A stretch of 64,000 nucleotides of DNA, from positions 95,172,001-95,236,000 of the forward strand of contig CM052817.1 of assembly GCA_028534125.1 (NCBI GenBank), given 5' to 3'. Of this stretch, positions 27,201-39,745 are shown piece after piece (the first letter of the stretch is position 1; each line of letters begins with the position of its first letter). The DNA is from Lama glama (lineage: Eukaryota). A program made the position numbers and the translations under genes. The notes beneath the pieces were generated by a model. The model did not search any database. It saw only the letters and a list, made by a program, of their open reading frames with translations, and was not told the origin of the DNA.

Positions 27201-28475
27201 GCAAAGTTAGAACATCCTAAATTTCTAAAAAGAGAAAACTAATGAACTGAAAGACACAGATCTGAGGAGCATTGCGAAGAATGTCTGAATGACAATGCCT
27301 GCAACAAAATGCAAAGGTGTGGACCAGTTAAATCAATTTCTCGTTTTTTCTTTAAAAAAAAAAAGAAAAAGAAAAGCATCTTATGCTCTGGATGTGAAAA
27401 CGAGGGCCTTTAAAAAACAAACAGCTGGCCTTTTTGTGTTGAAAACAATGCGAATGGAATAATCTATAGATGTTAAGTTAAACATTCACTCACAAATAGG
27501 AATTATGCAAGCTACTTAGCATTCAAAAAAGGTGAGAGAAAGACAAACAGAAAAACTCCAAGGAGGGGAGGAAGGAGGGGCGGATCTTAGGCCAAAGGAA
27601 AGCAACCTGCGAACGGTAGGAAACACCCACCAAGGCAGTAATGTGAAACTTCTGTCCAACTATTTCAACAGCTATTTTTCAATATAGGATCGGTTTTGGT
27701 GGCTGCATACCTACCAACTACACAGTGTTATATAATACATAATAAGCTCTCTTACCAAAAAAAAAAATCAGAAATACCCTCCCAAAAACTGTGTTAAAAG
27801 TGATTTTGTCCAGGGCCTAAAGAACCCCAGGTATATCCTTCCTACTAGCAACAACAAAACAGACTTTTTTGAGTCAAATATTTACAGTATACCTACAAAG
27901 CCTTGCAGAGCATTTAAAAGAAAAAAAGTGTGGAATCTTTGAGTTGAATTATTTTAAAACACACTGTATTTTCAAAAGGCTGGCTTTCCCAAACTGCACA
28001 TTTTCCCCCTCCTGATTCAGGTGGACATCGGCGGGACGGCTACCCCACATTCCAAAGTCCGGTAAGAGGAAAAAATCATGTTCCACGAGTCAAGCCCGGT
28101 GCACCACCTCCTCTAGTAAACATTTGGTTTACTGGTGTGAACGCTGTGCTTAAAAAACCAAGAGAAGATGAATGCGGAACAGAAGGAGGAAACAGCATTT
28201 CGCCAAGTCCCCAGCCATCAAGCAGGCTTCTCGGCAGGCCTCGCGAGCTGTCCTCCACTCGTCACCTCTTCACCAGGAGGGCCGACACCCGGTTCATGCA
28301 CAGGTTTTTAAGTTTCGATTTAGAGCTTCCAGACCCTGGGCAGCGTCGCGTTCCGGCGTGACAATGGGCCGCTGTGACGACAGCGGGGCCACGCGCAGCC
28401 CGGGACGTGGGCGGCCCGGCCGGCCGCCGCTTCCCACCCGGCCCCGCCGCCTCCCCCCATCCCCCGCCCCATTAC

Positions 28476-28634
28476 CTGCTCCGCCACGGCCCGGAACAGG
28501 CACGACCCGTCCTTGGCGACCAGTTTCCGATACAAGCCCAGTTTCCGCAGATAGGCGTCCATGGGCGTCGCGTCCTCGCGGGGCCCCGCGCCGCCCTGGT
28601 CGCCGCCGTCGGGGGCGCCGACGGCCGCCTCCAT
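28476..28634 (-). CDS. OTUD4: OTUD4 coding exon 1 (aa 1-53; start of OTU domain with D42 and catalytic C45)
   Basis: Translates [53 protein letters not shown], matching the OTUD4 N-terminus as I recall it. Strong Kozak (aacATGg), donor CAG|gtaatg, 159 nt. Confidence 0.97.
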
Positions 28635-29236
28635 GTTGCCGGTAGCGCTGCAGGCCCGGCGTGGCGCGGGCTAGCCCCACATGGCCTCGCCGCCGGCTCC
28701 TCGACGCCCCGGCCTGGGACGGGCGGCGGCTCGGGCGGCGGCTCGGGCTCGGCGGACGGCAGGCGGCGGCAGCGGCCCGAGGCAGCGGTCCGCGCGCATA
28801 GGGGAACCCTGCCTAGTGCATGGCCGTGCGCACGCGGCCGCCTCCCGAGGGACCACGCGCCCAGGGGCGCCGGGGGGAAAATTCACGGAAACCCGAGAGC
28901 GAGGAGTCACTTCCCGGCGGCCTTGCCGCCCGGCTCAGCAACTGGGCGGGGGGTCGCCGCCCCCACAAGTTTCCTCGTCCCGACCCGGCTGAGGCGAGGA
29001 AACCCCCGCGGCCCGAGCGCGCGGGGCCGGCTCAGGTGAAAGGAGGCCTGCGGCCCCCGCGCGGCACCCACACCGGGAGCCGAGGAAGCCGAAAGAGAAA
29101 GACGCGGCCTTTCGTCTCCGCACCTCGCAGGAGGGCGCCGGAGGGGCGGGGAGCGGGTGGGGGCGCCCGGCGGAGGGCAGCACCCTCGCAGCCCAGAATT
29201 TGTTTTCGCTTTCGGCCCGACAGCGGAGAGGACGGC

Positions 29237-29248
29237 GGGAGGTGTAGT
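29237..29248 (-). promoter_or_regulatory. ZNF143/THAP11-type motif ACTACAnnTCCC
   Basis: Minus strand reads ACTACACCTCCC. Confidence 0.7.
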
Positions 29249-29331
29249 TTGGGCAGCGGCAGGAAGTCGGCCTGCGGCGGGCGGGGACGCGCGGCCGGCC
29301 TACCCGGGGGAGGCGCCCGCGAGGCACGCGA

Positions 29332-29343
29332 ACTACAAGTCCC
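29332..29343 (+). promoter_or_regulatory. ZNF143/THAP11-type motif ACTACAnnTCCC
   Basis: Plus strand reads ACTACAAGTCCC. Confidence 0.75.
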
Positions 29344-30765
29344 TACAGCGCGGGCGCCGAGGCCGCCACCGCCCGGACCCGGCTTCGCGCTTCCCGGGCA
29401 CCGCGTCCGCGAGCAGGCCGAGGGTCTCCGCCAGCCGACGCGCGGCGCCCCGCCCGCCGCCCACTGCGCCGCGGGGCCGCGGGAAGTGCGCGCGCCCAGC
29501 GTGCGCGGAGTTGCCAGGGACACGGAGGCCGCTGGGTCGGCCCTTTGTGTATTTCCAAACAGAGGGCGCACCTGTCTGCTCCCCTCCCCCCGGCCTCTTC
29601 TCCTGGCGTTTCCATGGAGGTGGCTTTAACGGCTTAAGCAGAAAATAGAGCTAATTGGCGAAGGCTCCCGGAACTGGCACCGTGCAGAGCGACACAGGCT
29701 GTCCATAAATCAGCCGTGAACTGCTGATTCCTATTAGAGATGAGAAGTATAGCTCACGCGCTGTGGCAAGACGATGCTTTTGCCGCAGGCATTTTGGTTT
29801 ACCCTGCCACTGTAGCTGCCCACCCCAACACAAAGAGGTGTCGCTGGTGGTGAAAAGATTTTTTTTTTCTTAAAAACTCATCTTGTAATTGCCTGATAAC
29901 GTGCTGGACTTGCCCTGGATTCCAGCAATGCTTACTGGAGCCTTCCTGCTCAACTTCCCACCCTCTGAAGTGGAATGACAATTTTTGCTTTAGATCCCAG
30001 AATTTATCAGTATGTTTTTGTGACACCAGAATTTTATTTTGCTAAGTACAACAGCATCCGGTGTCCTAATCATTTAAGTACGCGATTAATCGTAAAATCT
30101 ACTCCAGTCTTGAGGCCGTGGTGTGTCAGGAGAATACTGGGGCGGAGGGGACTGGAGAGTTTAGACATGTGATCAAATAGACTCTGGAATGGGGGCAAGG
30201 CTGACTCTCACCTGATGGTGAGAGCCCAGTGCAAATTACTGAAAACTCTTATTTTAGTAATTTGTTTTCAGTACTTGCTGCAGACAATTAATGACTCATA
30301 CAGTCTCTTTTCTTTGGAGCTTCTAATTTTGATTTCTTAATGTTTAAAGAGTTTATCCCAACTGTGCTGTTTTTAGAGAATACAAAAGTTACTGTGACCT
30401 GAATGAGTTTTCTTGTCCCAGTAGTAAATTTTGTACATTTTGTAAAGAAATGAACACTTTGGAATCACTTTTAGAAAACTCTAGTTGCAAGTCAAAAGAC
30501 AGAAAAATTGCTTTTCTTTCTTTAAAAATATATACTTTGTATATATTTCTCATTACACTGAAAAAGAATTTACCCAGTATTGCCACCTCTTACAACATGG
30601 CTTGCTTTTTTTGTGGTTTTTTTTAAAACATGGCTTGCCTTTTAAACCCACAGAGGAATTGAAAGTAAAGTAGTACTTAAGCTGTAGAGATTAAATACTG
30701 AATTCCTAAAATGAGTGGATTCTGTAGTATTAGTTTTATAATTAGTTTTATAAGCAGCAGACTTT

Positions 30766-30901
30766 TTTCTCTCAAATCTTTTTTTTTTTTTACTTTTATT
30801 GAAGTATAGTCAATTTACAATGTTAGTTTCAGGTGTACAGCAAAGCTACTCAGTTATACATATACATACATACATATTTTTTCACCTTCTTTTCCATTAC
30901 C
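30766..30901 (-). mobile_element. 5'-truncated L1 3' end with TSD
   Basis: Poly-T + tttattgaagtatagtcaatttacaatgttagtttcaggtgtacagcaaag; TSD aagcagca(g/c)acttt at 30752-30765 and 30902-30915. Confidence 0.8.
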
Positions 30902-31521
30902 AAGCAGCACACTTTCTAATACGCCAAAAGAAAACCATGCCTTTCCTAACATTTATGTAATATTCCTTCAAGAAGAATTTCTGAAGCTAATCTCATATTC
31001 AGTATGTATTTATGGGAAATCTACTGTATGTATAATGCTAAGATTGCATTGCTAATTATCTTGAGGATATATTAGAAACATTTCCAGGGCCTTCAGTTTG
31101 AAAATTTATCAGGATTTATTTTGAAATTGAAATGTTCATAATTACATTGCTTTAATTTTTAAAAAATGTCATTCAAATAAAAGTTTTGCTCACTTTTTAT
31201 GTGCACAATGATTTCATTTTGAGTGGCTAATAGTGTTTCAAGCATATTTTCTATTTTCAAGCCTTGTCCATATTTTAACCTGATTTAAATATGCTTACAT
31301 ATATATTTTTTAATTTAAAAAAAATCACCATTTTCCAAAGTCTCAAAAATCCTTTGAAACACTTTGAAAAGGAAACCAATACATCATTAATTCTACACTG
31401 TCTTTATTTTCTGTTGCAAAAAATGTAACTCAATAACAATAGTATAAACAATATAAGAGTGGGTAGGATCATTTAAATACGTATTCTAGCATAGAACCTG
31501 ACACTGAGGTTGCCTTTCGGA

Positions 31522-31665
31522 ATTTTTTAATTTTTTAATTTTTTAATTTTGTATTTTGGTGGGAGGAGGTAGTGAGGTTAATTTATTCTTAGAGGAGGTA
31601 CTGGGGCTTGAACGCCCCCATGCATGCTAAGCATGTACTCTACACTTGAACTATATTCTCCCCCC
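31522..31665 (-). mobile_element. tRNA-derived SINE (vic-1-like)
   Basis: gaggtactggggcttgaac..catgcatgctaagcatg.actcta; same family as the other four copies. Confidence 0.85.
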
Positions 31666-32416
31666 AACTTTTGTTATTTTTTAAGTGAATTATTAAATAC
31701 TAAGAAAACAGAAGGCTTTGTAGAATTCATCACAATTCTATGTTATCTTGTAAAAATGTGGCTTATTATCAGAAATATTAGAAGAATAACACATTTTCGG
31801 TGTTTTCCACACTTGCTGTTGTGGCAAAATTACTATCTTCACTCCTGCTGCATGAGTGAAGAACAGCCTCATTCTAAACTAGCTGCTTCTGGTTCCAAAA
31901 TTAGAAGTAAAACACCTGTTGTATTTGACCCCAGGCCTGTTTAAGGAAATCCTTTAGGTATTTTGAGACCTAATCCAAGACAGACCCTCTGTATGCCAAA
32001 TCCCCAAATATAGCTCACTGTTCAGGCAATGTGAAAAGATCCTACGACTTTAAACTGGACCAATACTTACAGAAACTCACTTGCTTTCAAAGGACCTTTA
32101 CTTGTTAACATTAACCTCTGAAACTTTTTGAGAAACCACATCTGATTGAAAACGTTCACTCTGAGGAAGCCATATCTGATGAGCAAAAGTGAAGAAGTCT
32201 TTCGACAGACGTTTTAATCAAATAGAACTTGGAAGATTCAATGCTCCTGAGAACCCAACAAAATTAAACAAATTCATCCTATGCAAATATGTCAACTTTT
32301 TTTTCTTGTACACAGACTGCTCTGACAAACTTTGAAGCTAATAATTGGATAGAATTTTTTTTTAAAGGATGGTAGATTTTCTGCATTTGTTTTTTTCCAA
32401 TAAGAAGTTACATACT

Positions 32417-32962
32417 ATGGTGGCCAGCCTCTGAGATGGGCCCCAATGATCTCCGACAGGTGGTGGTCACACTCTTGTATAATTGCCTCCACCTACAGGG
32501 TGACTGGTCTGCAAAGATTGGTTGCATGATCTGCGTGACCAGAGCAAAAATGATGCTATGTCCCCGCTGAGATTAGATTATAAGAGACACTTTTGGCATT
32601 TTGATTGTTCTCTTACATTCCCTCTCTTAGAAGCTGGTTGCTGTGGGTCCTGAGCAGACTTACGGAGCGGTCGTCTTGGTAGGGAACTGGAGCCCTAGCC
32701 AACCACCATGTGAGTCAGCTTTGAAGTGAGTCCTCCAACCCAGTCAAGCTTTCAGATGACTGCAACCCTGGCTGAAATCTTAACAGCAGCCTCATGCGAA
32801 CCCTGAGCCAGAACCATCCAGCCAAGCACTGAGATTCTTAATTCTTAATTCTGAGATTCTGAGATTCTTGACCTCGGAAACTGTGTGAGCTAATAAATGT
32901 TTGCCATATTAAGCCCCTAAATTTTGGAATAATTTTTTAAACAACTATTGGTAAACAGATAC
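32417..32962 (+). mobile_element. MaLR solo LTR (MLT1F-like)
   Basis: cagcctct.agatgg.ccccaatgatc..cagtcaagctttcagatgactgca.ccctgg..aactgtg.ga..taataaatg..gataca. Confidence 0.8.
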
Positions 32963-33289
32963 AATGCTCCATTGTTTCCCTTTACTGGGTTGACACAGAA
33001 TGTATTTTAATAATTCATGAAAGTAACCACAAATTGAATATCCTTAGTGGTTTTAATAGTTCTTTAAGTTACCAGTAAGTGGAATTTTTTTTAATTTATA
33101 AAATCCTTTACAATAAGAGAAAAACCTAAGAATGTCTGGGCTTTATTGCCACATAGCATTTTGATTTGTTTTCTATAAAAATTCAAGAAATTTCATCCTA
33201 CAAAAAAAACCCCACCTATTTATATGAAGAAAGACCTATTTCTTTCATATCCTATGCGCTGGAGACTACTAACTGTCCTCCACTTTGCA

Positions 33290-33700
33290 TTCGACTCTCC
33301 TAAATATTGTGCAGGGTGGCCATGCTCAGGTTTCCCTGCCTACGTTGGCACTAAATGTGACCACGTGACTAGTTGAGGCCAATGAGATGTGAGCAGAATT
33401 GATGAGCTTAACTTCCAGGTCATCTCCTTAAAGATGAAGCCTCCTGCCCGCTACAGTATTTCCTGTTTCCCATGGGCTCATTTGAAGATGTGGTTGAAAC
33501 TAAGCCAGCACTGATGATACAAAGACAACCCTCTAAGAGATAACAGAGCAAGAAGATGAAGGAAACAGCGTCCCTGAAAGCTTTATGGCCTGAAGGCTTG
33601 AATCATTCACCTCCAGGCTACTTTGTGAGAGAAAAATGGACTCATTTAACCAACTATTTTCTGTTGTTCTTTTACAACTGGTCTATATATTCTAGCATAT
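33290..33700 (+). mobile_element. Old MaLR LTR (MLT1J/K-like)
   Basis: tgtgaccacgtgactagtt..ggccaatgagatgtgagcagaa..atggaagga-like and tgtgagagaaaaat motifs. Confidence 0.6.
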
Positions 33701-34794
33701 TTTTCTTCCAATATTAAATAGGTAGTGGTATTTGGGACCAAATGAAATTTATTTACAAATTTAGTTGCACAGAACATAACATTTTTGGGGAAGGAAGTTC
33801 AGAAAATTTTTTTCCTGCAATTTTGTTAATCCGAAATGTTAAAGGACTTCCAAAAAGGTTTTCTGATGTTATTTCAACAAATGACTTTCTTCATCACCAA
33901 TTCACATTCTCCTTCAGCTGCGACGTTGGCACTGCTGACTACCTCCTCATTTTGAAACTCTCCTGGGCTTGGGGGATGAACTGAGTAAGTTCTAAACCCC
34001 AGAGCTCAGACTGTAGCCCTGACACCCTGTCACAAGTGTGATTGGAGACATCAGACTATGGTTTAGATTCTTACAGCAGCTGTCACTTCCTTGTGAGGTA
34101 AGCCCATGGACATGCCCAGGCTGGACAGACTAAAAACCTCACAATAGACTGAGACTCTTAACACTAAGGGCCACTCAGAGTCCATCATCCCTGCAAATAA
34201 ACCCCCACGTATTTCCAGCCTTGTACCCCTCCTTCCACTACCACTTCTCAATCCCCACCTGGACCGAAACAAACTCACAAAGTCGCCTTACGAGGAATTT
34301 ACTTTAGGTCCACAGTGTGGGATTGGGAACTCTTTGTAGGCTTGTAGAATTTAAGATGATTTTCTGTTTCCCAAGGGTCTAAGAGTGTATCTGGTTTTGC
34401 ATATTCAGGTTAGCAATTCAATAAATATTCGTTAAATATTTTCACGTATTTCTAATAAACCCCTCAATGAGAAAGATATTTAGAATGAAAATTTATAATT
34501 ATGGAACCTGTAGTTGAGGCCTAAATATTTGGCCAAGACTATGTGTCAGGTTATACATCATATTTTCCCTTATAAACAAAGAATTGAAGGTAATCTAAAT
34601 GTTCCACAATAGAAAACTGATTAAATACATTTTAATATGTGTATACAATTAGAATACTATTGAGGCGTTTAATGTGTGTATGTGTCTGTGTGTGTGTGTG
34701 TGTTTATTACAATCACCCAAAGAACTCCTTAAAACCACTTTTAAACCAAGACGACTGATACTTTTTTTTCTGTTTCAAACCTTTTTTTTTTTAA

Positions 34795-35250
34795 GAGATT
34801 GGTACATTTATTTCAATCATAAACCCACGCTGATACATCATAATCACCCAAAGTCCATAATTTACATGACAGTTCACTCTCAATGCTGTACCTTCTATGG
34901 GTTCTGACCAATGGATGCTAACATGTATACATTTTTATGGCATCACACGGAATATTTTTACTGTCTTAAAATTCTCTGTGCTGTGCTTGTTCGTCCCTTC
35001 TTCTGTCTCTCCATGACCTATGGTAATCACTGCTCTTTTTATTATCTACAAAGTTATCCCCTTTCCAGAATGTTGTATAGTTGGAATCATACAGTATATA
35101 GCCGTTCCATATTGGCTTTTTTCACTTAGTCATATGCACTTAAGTTTCCCTCACATCTTTTCTTGGCTAGATAAATCACTTCTTTTTAGCTCTGAGTAAT
35201 ATTCCATTGTCTGTATGCACCATAGTTTATCCATTCACCTACTGAAGGTC
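34795..35250 (-). mobile_element. L1 3' fragment
   Basis: cctttccagaatgt..tatagttggaatcatacagtat..gagtaatattccattgtctg; similar to 61740-62960. Confidence 0.75.
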
Positions 35251-35723
35251 ACCAAGATGACTGATTTTGAAGGGAGAGGGTGGGATAGATAAATCAAAGA
35301 TTAGACTATGAGATAATTATTGTTGAAATTAGCTGATGTGTATTTGAGTGTTTATTATACTATTTCTTCCACTTTGTACATATTTGAAAATTTTCTATGA
35401 TAAAAAAGCTTAGGTTTTTGAATCCCACTCCAAGTTTCTTGAATCAGAATAACAAGGGATAGGGCAGAGGAATCTGAGGTTTAAAAGTCTTCCCAGGTGG
35501 TTCTGAAGATCAGCCAGCATTTCTGGGAACATCTGAACATTGAGATGGCAGCACGGGGGCAGGGCATATCATCTAAGAAAAGGAAATCATGGGTTTTCTA
35601 ATTAATGTGAGAGTAGGGAATAGATACCTGACCTTTATTCCAGGTCCATAATCCCTGTTCTAGATCATCACAAAAAAGTCTTCAGGATTGCAATCTTTAT
35701 GATACACTCATTGTTTTATATAA

Positions 35724-36140
35724 CAGGCATACCCCGGAGATACTGTGGGTTGGTTCCAGACCATTACCGTAAAACAAGTCACACGCAATTTTTCACTTCC
35801 CAGTGCATATAAAGTTACGTTTACACTATACTATTGTTTATCAAGTTGTGCAATAGCATTATGTCTAAATTAAAAAATGTACATATCTGAGTTTAAAAAT
35901 ACTTTATTGCTAAGAAAGTGCTAACCATCATCTGAGCCTTCGGCCAGTGGTAATCTTTTTTTCTGGAGGATCATGCCTCAAATATGTTTGAAATATGGTG
36001 AGAATTCTGAAAATATGACACAGAGACATGAAGTGATTGAATACCTTTGGAAAAATGGCACCTAAAGACTTGCTCAACACAGGGTTGACACAAATTTTCG
36101 ATTTATAAAAAACATAATATTTGCAAAATGCAATAAAGCA
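35724..36140 (-). mobile_element. Internally deleted Tigger1 DNA transposon
   Basis: Terminus caggcatacc.cggagata.tg.gggtt.gttccagacca; other end ...tgcaataaagc followed by (CA)n. Confidence 0.8.
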
Positions 36141-36394
36141 GAGCACACACACACACACACACACAAAAAGACCAAGTTGTGCTTTTAGTATCTTTGGACA
36201 AAGACATATTAAGATAAAATTTTATTGCTTAAGATGATTGCAACATAAAACACCAAAATTTTTAAATTAAACTAAGACTGCACAATAAGACTGTTAATAA
36301 AAACACAAAAATGTACCATCAACATTGAAACTAACATAGATACTGAACATACTACTCTGAAGAGCAATGTAAAAGTTACGTGAAATGATTTTAA

Positions 36395-37380
36395 TAAATC
36401 TATTGAGAATGCAATTGACACACAATAAAATGTACATTTTACACTGCACACTTTGATAAGTCTTCTTACACGTATGTATCTATGACACCATCACCACAAT
36501 CAACATAATAAACATATTCATTACCCCTCTAAGTTTCTTATTCTCCTTTGTAATCTCTTTACCTCACCCTCACCCCCTCTCCAATCCTCAACTCTCCATG
36601 TAAGTACTGATCTTTTTTCTGTAACTAAACTAATACATGTGTTTACATAAACTGTATTATAGCTAGGGCTGCTATAATACAATACCACTGCCTGGGGGGC
36701 TGAACAACAGAAATTTTATTTTATCACAATTCCAGTGGGTTAGAAGTTTGAGACCAAAGTGTCTGCTCACAGTTGACTTCTCTGAGGACTCTCTCCTTGG
36801 CTTGTAGATGACCGTCTTCTCCCTGTGACCACACGTGGTCTTCTCTGTGTGCCCATCTGAGTAGAAATGTTCCCATCTTAAAGGGATGCCAGTTAGATTG
36901 GATTAGAGCTCACCCTGATGACCTCATTTTAATTTAATTATCCCTTTCAAACACTATCTCCAAAACCAGTTATATTCTGAGGTATTGAGGATTAAGACTT
37001 CAACAAATAATTTTGGGGGGGATACAATTCATTTCATAACAGAAACTGTAGATTAATTTGCATTTTCTAGAGTTTTATATGAATGGAACGCTTTCAAAAT
37101 AAACTCTTTTTTTGTCTGACTTTGTTCACTCAGCATATTTATTTTCAGACTAATTCATTCCTGTATCAATAGTTCATTTCTCTTCATTCCTAAGTAATAT
37201 TTAATTGTCTAGACACACTGCACACTGTCCTTTCACCTATTAATGGAAATTTGGGTTATTTCCAGTTTTAGACTATTAAAAATAAAGCGGCTATGAACCC
37301 TTTGTTTCTCTTGGGCAAATTACCGAGGAGTACAATGGCTGGTTCATTTGGTGGGTGTGTGTATAACTTTATAAAAAAAA
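36395..37380 (-). mobile_element. L1 3' fragment interrupted by an MLT1A LTR
   Basis: L1 3'UTR antisense motifs on both sides of 36653-37041; resembles 60030-60840. Confidence 0.7.
36653..37041 (-). mobile_element. MaLR solo LTR (MLT1A-like)
   Basis: tgtatt..agggctgctataa.a.aatacca..aacaacagaaatt..ctctccttggcttgtagatg..acaattca..cataaca; near-TSD taaac/gaaac. Confidence 0.85.
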
Positions 37381-37390
37381 AAACTGCCTC

Positions 37391-37810
37391 TGATACTGGG
37401 ATTTATAATACAAAATATTTATTTGGTCTTTGTTCCTCTCAGTTCCTGGTACAGAGCTCCTAAACTCTTGAAATTTCTTAAGTGAAGGGCGTGGTAGAGG
37501 TGCCTTTGTTAATAGGCAGCATTTTCGGAAAACCCCTAGGTAACCTAAGGATGGGCTGGTTGCCTGGGAAACCAATGATGAATAAAGGGTTGGAAATTTC
37601 AGTCCTAACCCAGCTTCCTGGGAGGAGAGAGGGCTGAAGGTTGGCCAATGATTTAATCAATCATGCCTATGTAATGAAGCCTCCATAAAATCCCAAAAGG
37701 ACAAGGTTTGGAGAGCTTCTGGATGGGTTACCATCTGGAGATTGAGGAGAGTGAAGCATTCAGAGCAGGTGGAAGCTTGAAGCCCCTTTGCCCATACCTT
37801 GCTCTTTGCA
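37391..37810 (+). mobile_element. MER21-like ERV LTR fragment
   Basis: gttcctggtacagagctcctaaa..ggccaatgatttaatcaatcatgcctatgtaatgaagcctccataaaa. Confidence 0.75.
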
Positions 37811-38589
37811 AGACTGTCCTGGGATTCCCTTTTTCTATACCATGGCCTAGAACTTCTCTCCAGACATTAAGCTGGGGTAATTGGAGAACTCACAACATCT
37901 GTTTCCTATCTTTTAGTGATTACCGTCCTTTGTTTTCTAATGTCCATTGTCTTGAAAAACCATTGTTTCATATATTTTGTCTGGATTTGGGGTTATTTCA
38001 GGAGGGACAGTAGTTCTATCTTAACTGGAATAACAGAAGTCTGAAGTAATAATTTGAAAACAAATACAGAACAAAACATGAGTGTTTTTATAGATTTTCC
38101 AATTATGGCCACAAAATGTCTATATTTCCCTGATTTTTGACTCCAAGGCTGCTGTATTATCTTGGCTCCTACTGGAGAGTCTTTGATCCCAGTCACCTCT
38201 GTATCTTTCTCTCTCATGTCTTGTTGAGATGCTCAATCTCTTTCAGAAAATGCCCTGTGCCTTCCCAACCATGTGGCAATGGACAACCACGAGTTGATAT
38301 ATACAAAGATTGTTCTTCATAAATGTTCTAATTTTGAGAAACGGTCTCATTACTTTTATATGCTAATCTATGGTTGTTAATCTGCTTGTGTGAATATACT
38401 TTTAGTTGAAGATTTGTTCAGCAAGCCTTTGCCATGGCCAAATTCACAAGTTACACAAATACAAGAGTACTGTCAGTTTAAACAACGGTTGATAACAGAA
38501 TTGTAAAAGGACAGAAAAGTTTTTCTAAAAATAAAGGAAGTACACATATGACATACATACCAAAGATACATTTTCACTCTGAAAAAATA

Positions 38590-39745
38590 AAATGGAATCC
38601 ACTAGAAAACTTTAAGAATTAATAGACAAGTTCAGCAAGTTGCAGGGTACAAGATCAATAAAGAAAAATCAATTGTATTTCTACACACTAGTAATGAACA
38701 ATCTAAGAATAACATTAAGGAAACAGTTCTATTTACAATAGCATCAAAAATAATAAAACCTTAGTAATAAATTAACAAAAGTTCAAGAACTTGTGCAAAG
38801 CTACATTGTTTGTTGAAAGAAATCAAAAAAGACCCAAATACATGGAAAGACATCATGTGTTCATGGAAGACACAATACTTGGCAAATTAATCTACAGATT
38901 CAACATAATTCCTATTTATTTCTCCAAAAAGATATCCAAACGGTCAACAAAGCACATGAAAAAAAATGCTCTTTGTTAATCATGAGTATGTAAATCAAAG
39001 CCACAATCAGATACCACTGCATGCTCACTTGGATGGTTACAATCAAAAAGACAGACAACAAGTTTTGGTAAGGATGTGGAGACACTGGGACCCTCCCACA
39101 TTTTTGAAGGGATTGTAAAATGATGCAGCCACTTTGGAAAAAATTGTTCGGCAGTTTCTCAAAATGTTAAACATAGAGTTACCACATGATCTAGCAATTC
39201 TACTCTAAGGTGCATGTTCAAGAAAATGAAAAACACATGTCCACACAAAAACTTGTGCACTAATGTTCATAGCAGCATTACTCATAATAGCCCGAAAGTC
39301 AAAACAACACAAATGCCCATCCAATGATGGATGGGTAAACAAAATATGGTATATATAGCCTTTCAAGAGAATATCACTCAGCAATAAAAATAAAAGAAGT
39401 ACTGATATAAAATGAATGAATCTTGAAAACATTATGCTAAGGAAGTAAAAGCCTGTCACAAAAGTCCACGTGTATAATTTCATGTCTATGAATTATCCAG
39501 AATAAGCAAATCTATAGAGACAGAAAGTAGATTTATGGTTACCACAGGCTGTGGGGTGGAAAAAATGGGGAGATACTGCTAATAGGTACAGTTTTTGAGG
39601 GGAGATGGAAATGTTCTAAAATTAGATTATGGTAATGGTTGCACCACTCTCTGACTATACTAAAGACCATGAAATTGTGCACTTAAAAAGGGTGAAAATT
39701 TTATGGCATGTGAACTACGCTTCAATAGAGCTGTTATAAAAAAAT
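38590..39745 (+). mobile_element. L1 (L1MB-like) ORF2 pieces and 3'UTR
   Basis: gttgcagggtacaagatcaata..aaaatcaattgtatttcta; aatgttcatagcagcatta.tcataatagcc; ends in an A-tail. Confidence 0.85.

Larger units (their letters stand above)
28260..29600. promoter_or_regulatory. CpG island / OTUD4 promoter
   Basis: Very GC- and CpG-dense block covering exon 1 and about 1 kb upstream, inside AT-rich flanks. Contains GC boxes, ETS-like GGAAGT cores (about 29262, 29482) and NRF1-like TGCGCACGCG (28827-28836). Confidence 0.93.

Noticed and set aside
28801..28886. NF-kB-like GGGGAACCCT and GGGAAAATTC
   Set aside because: Both deviate from the GGGRNWYYCC consensus and are likely by chance in GC-rich DNA.
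28172..29648. Many long overlapping ORFs (up to 269 aa) on both strands
   Set aside because: Arg/Gly/Pro/Ala-rich products are expected from stop-codon scarcity in a CpG island. Only the OTUD4 exon 1 frame is recognisable.
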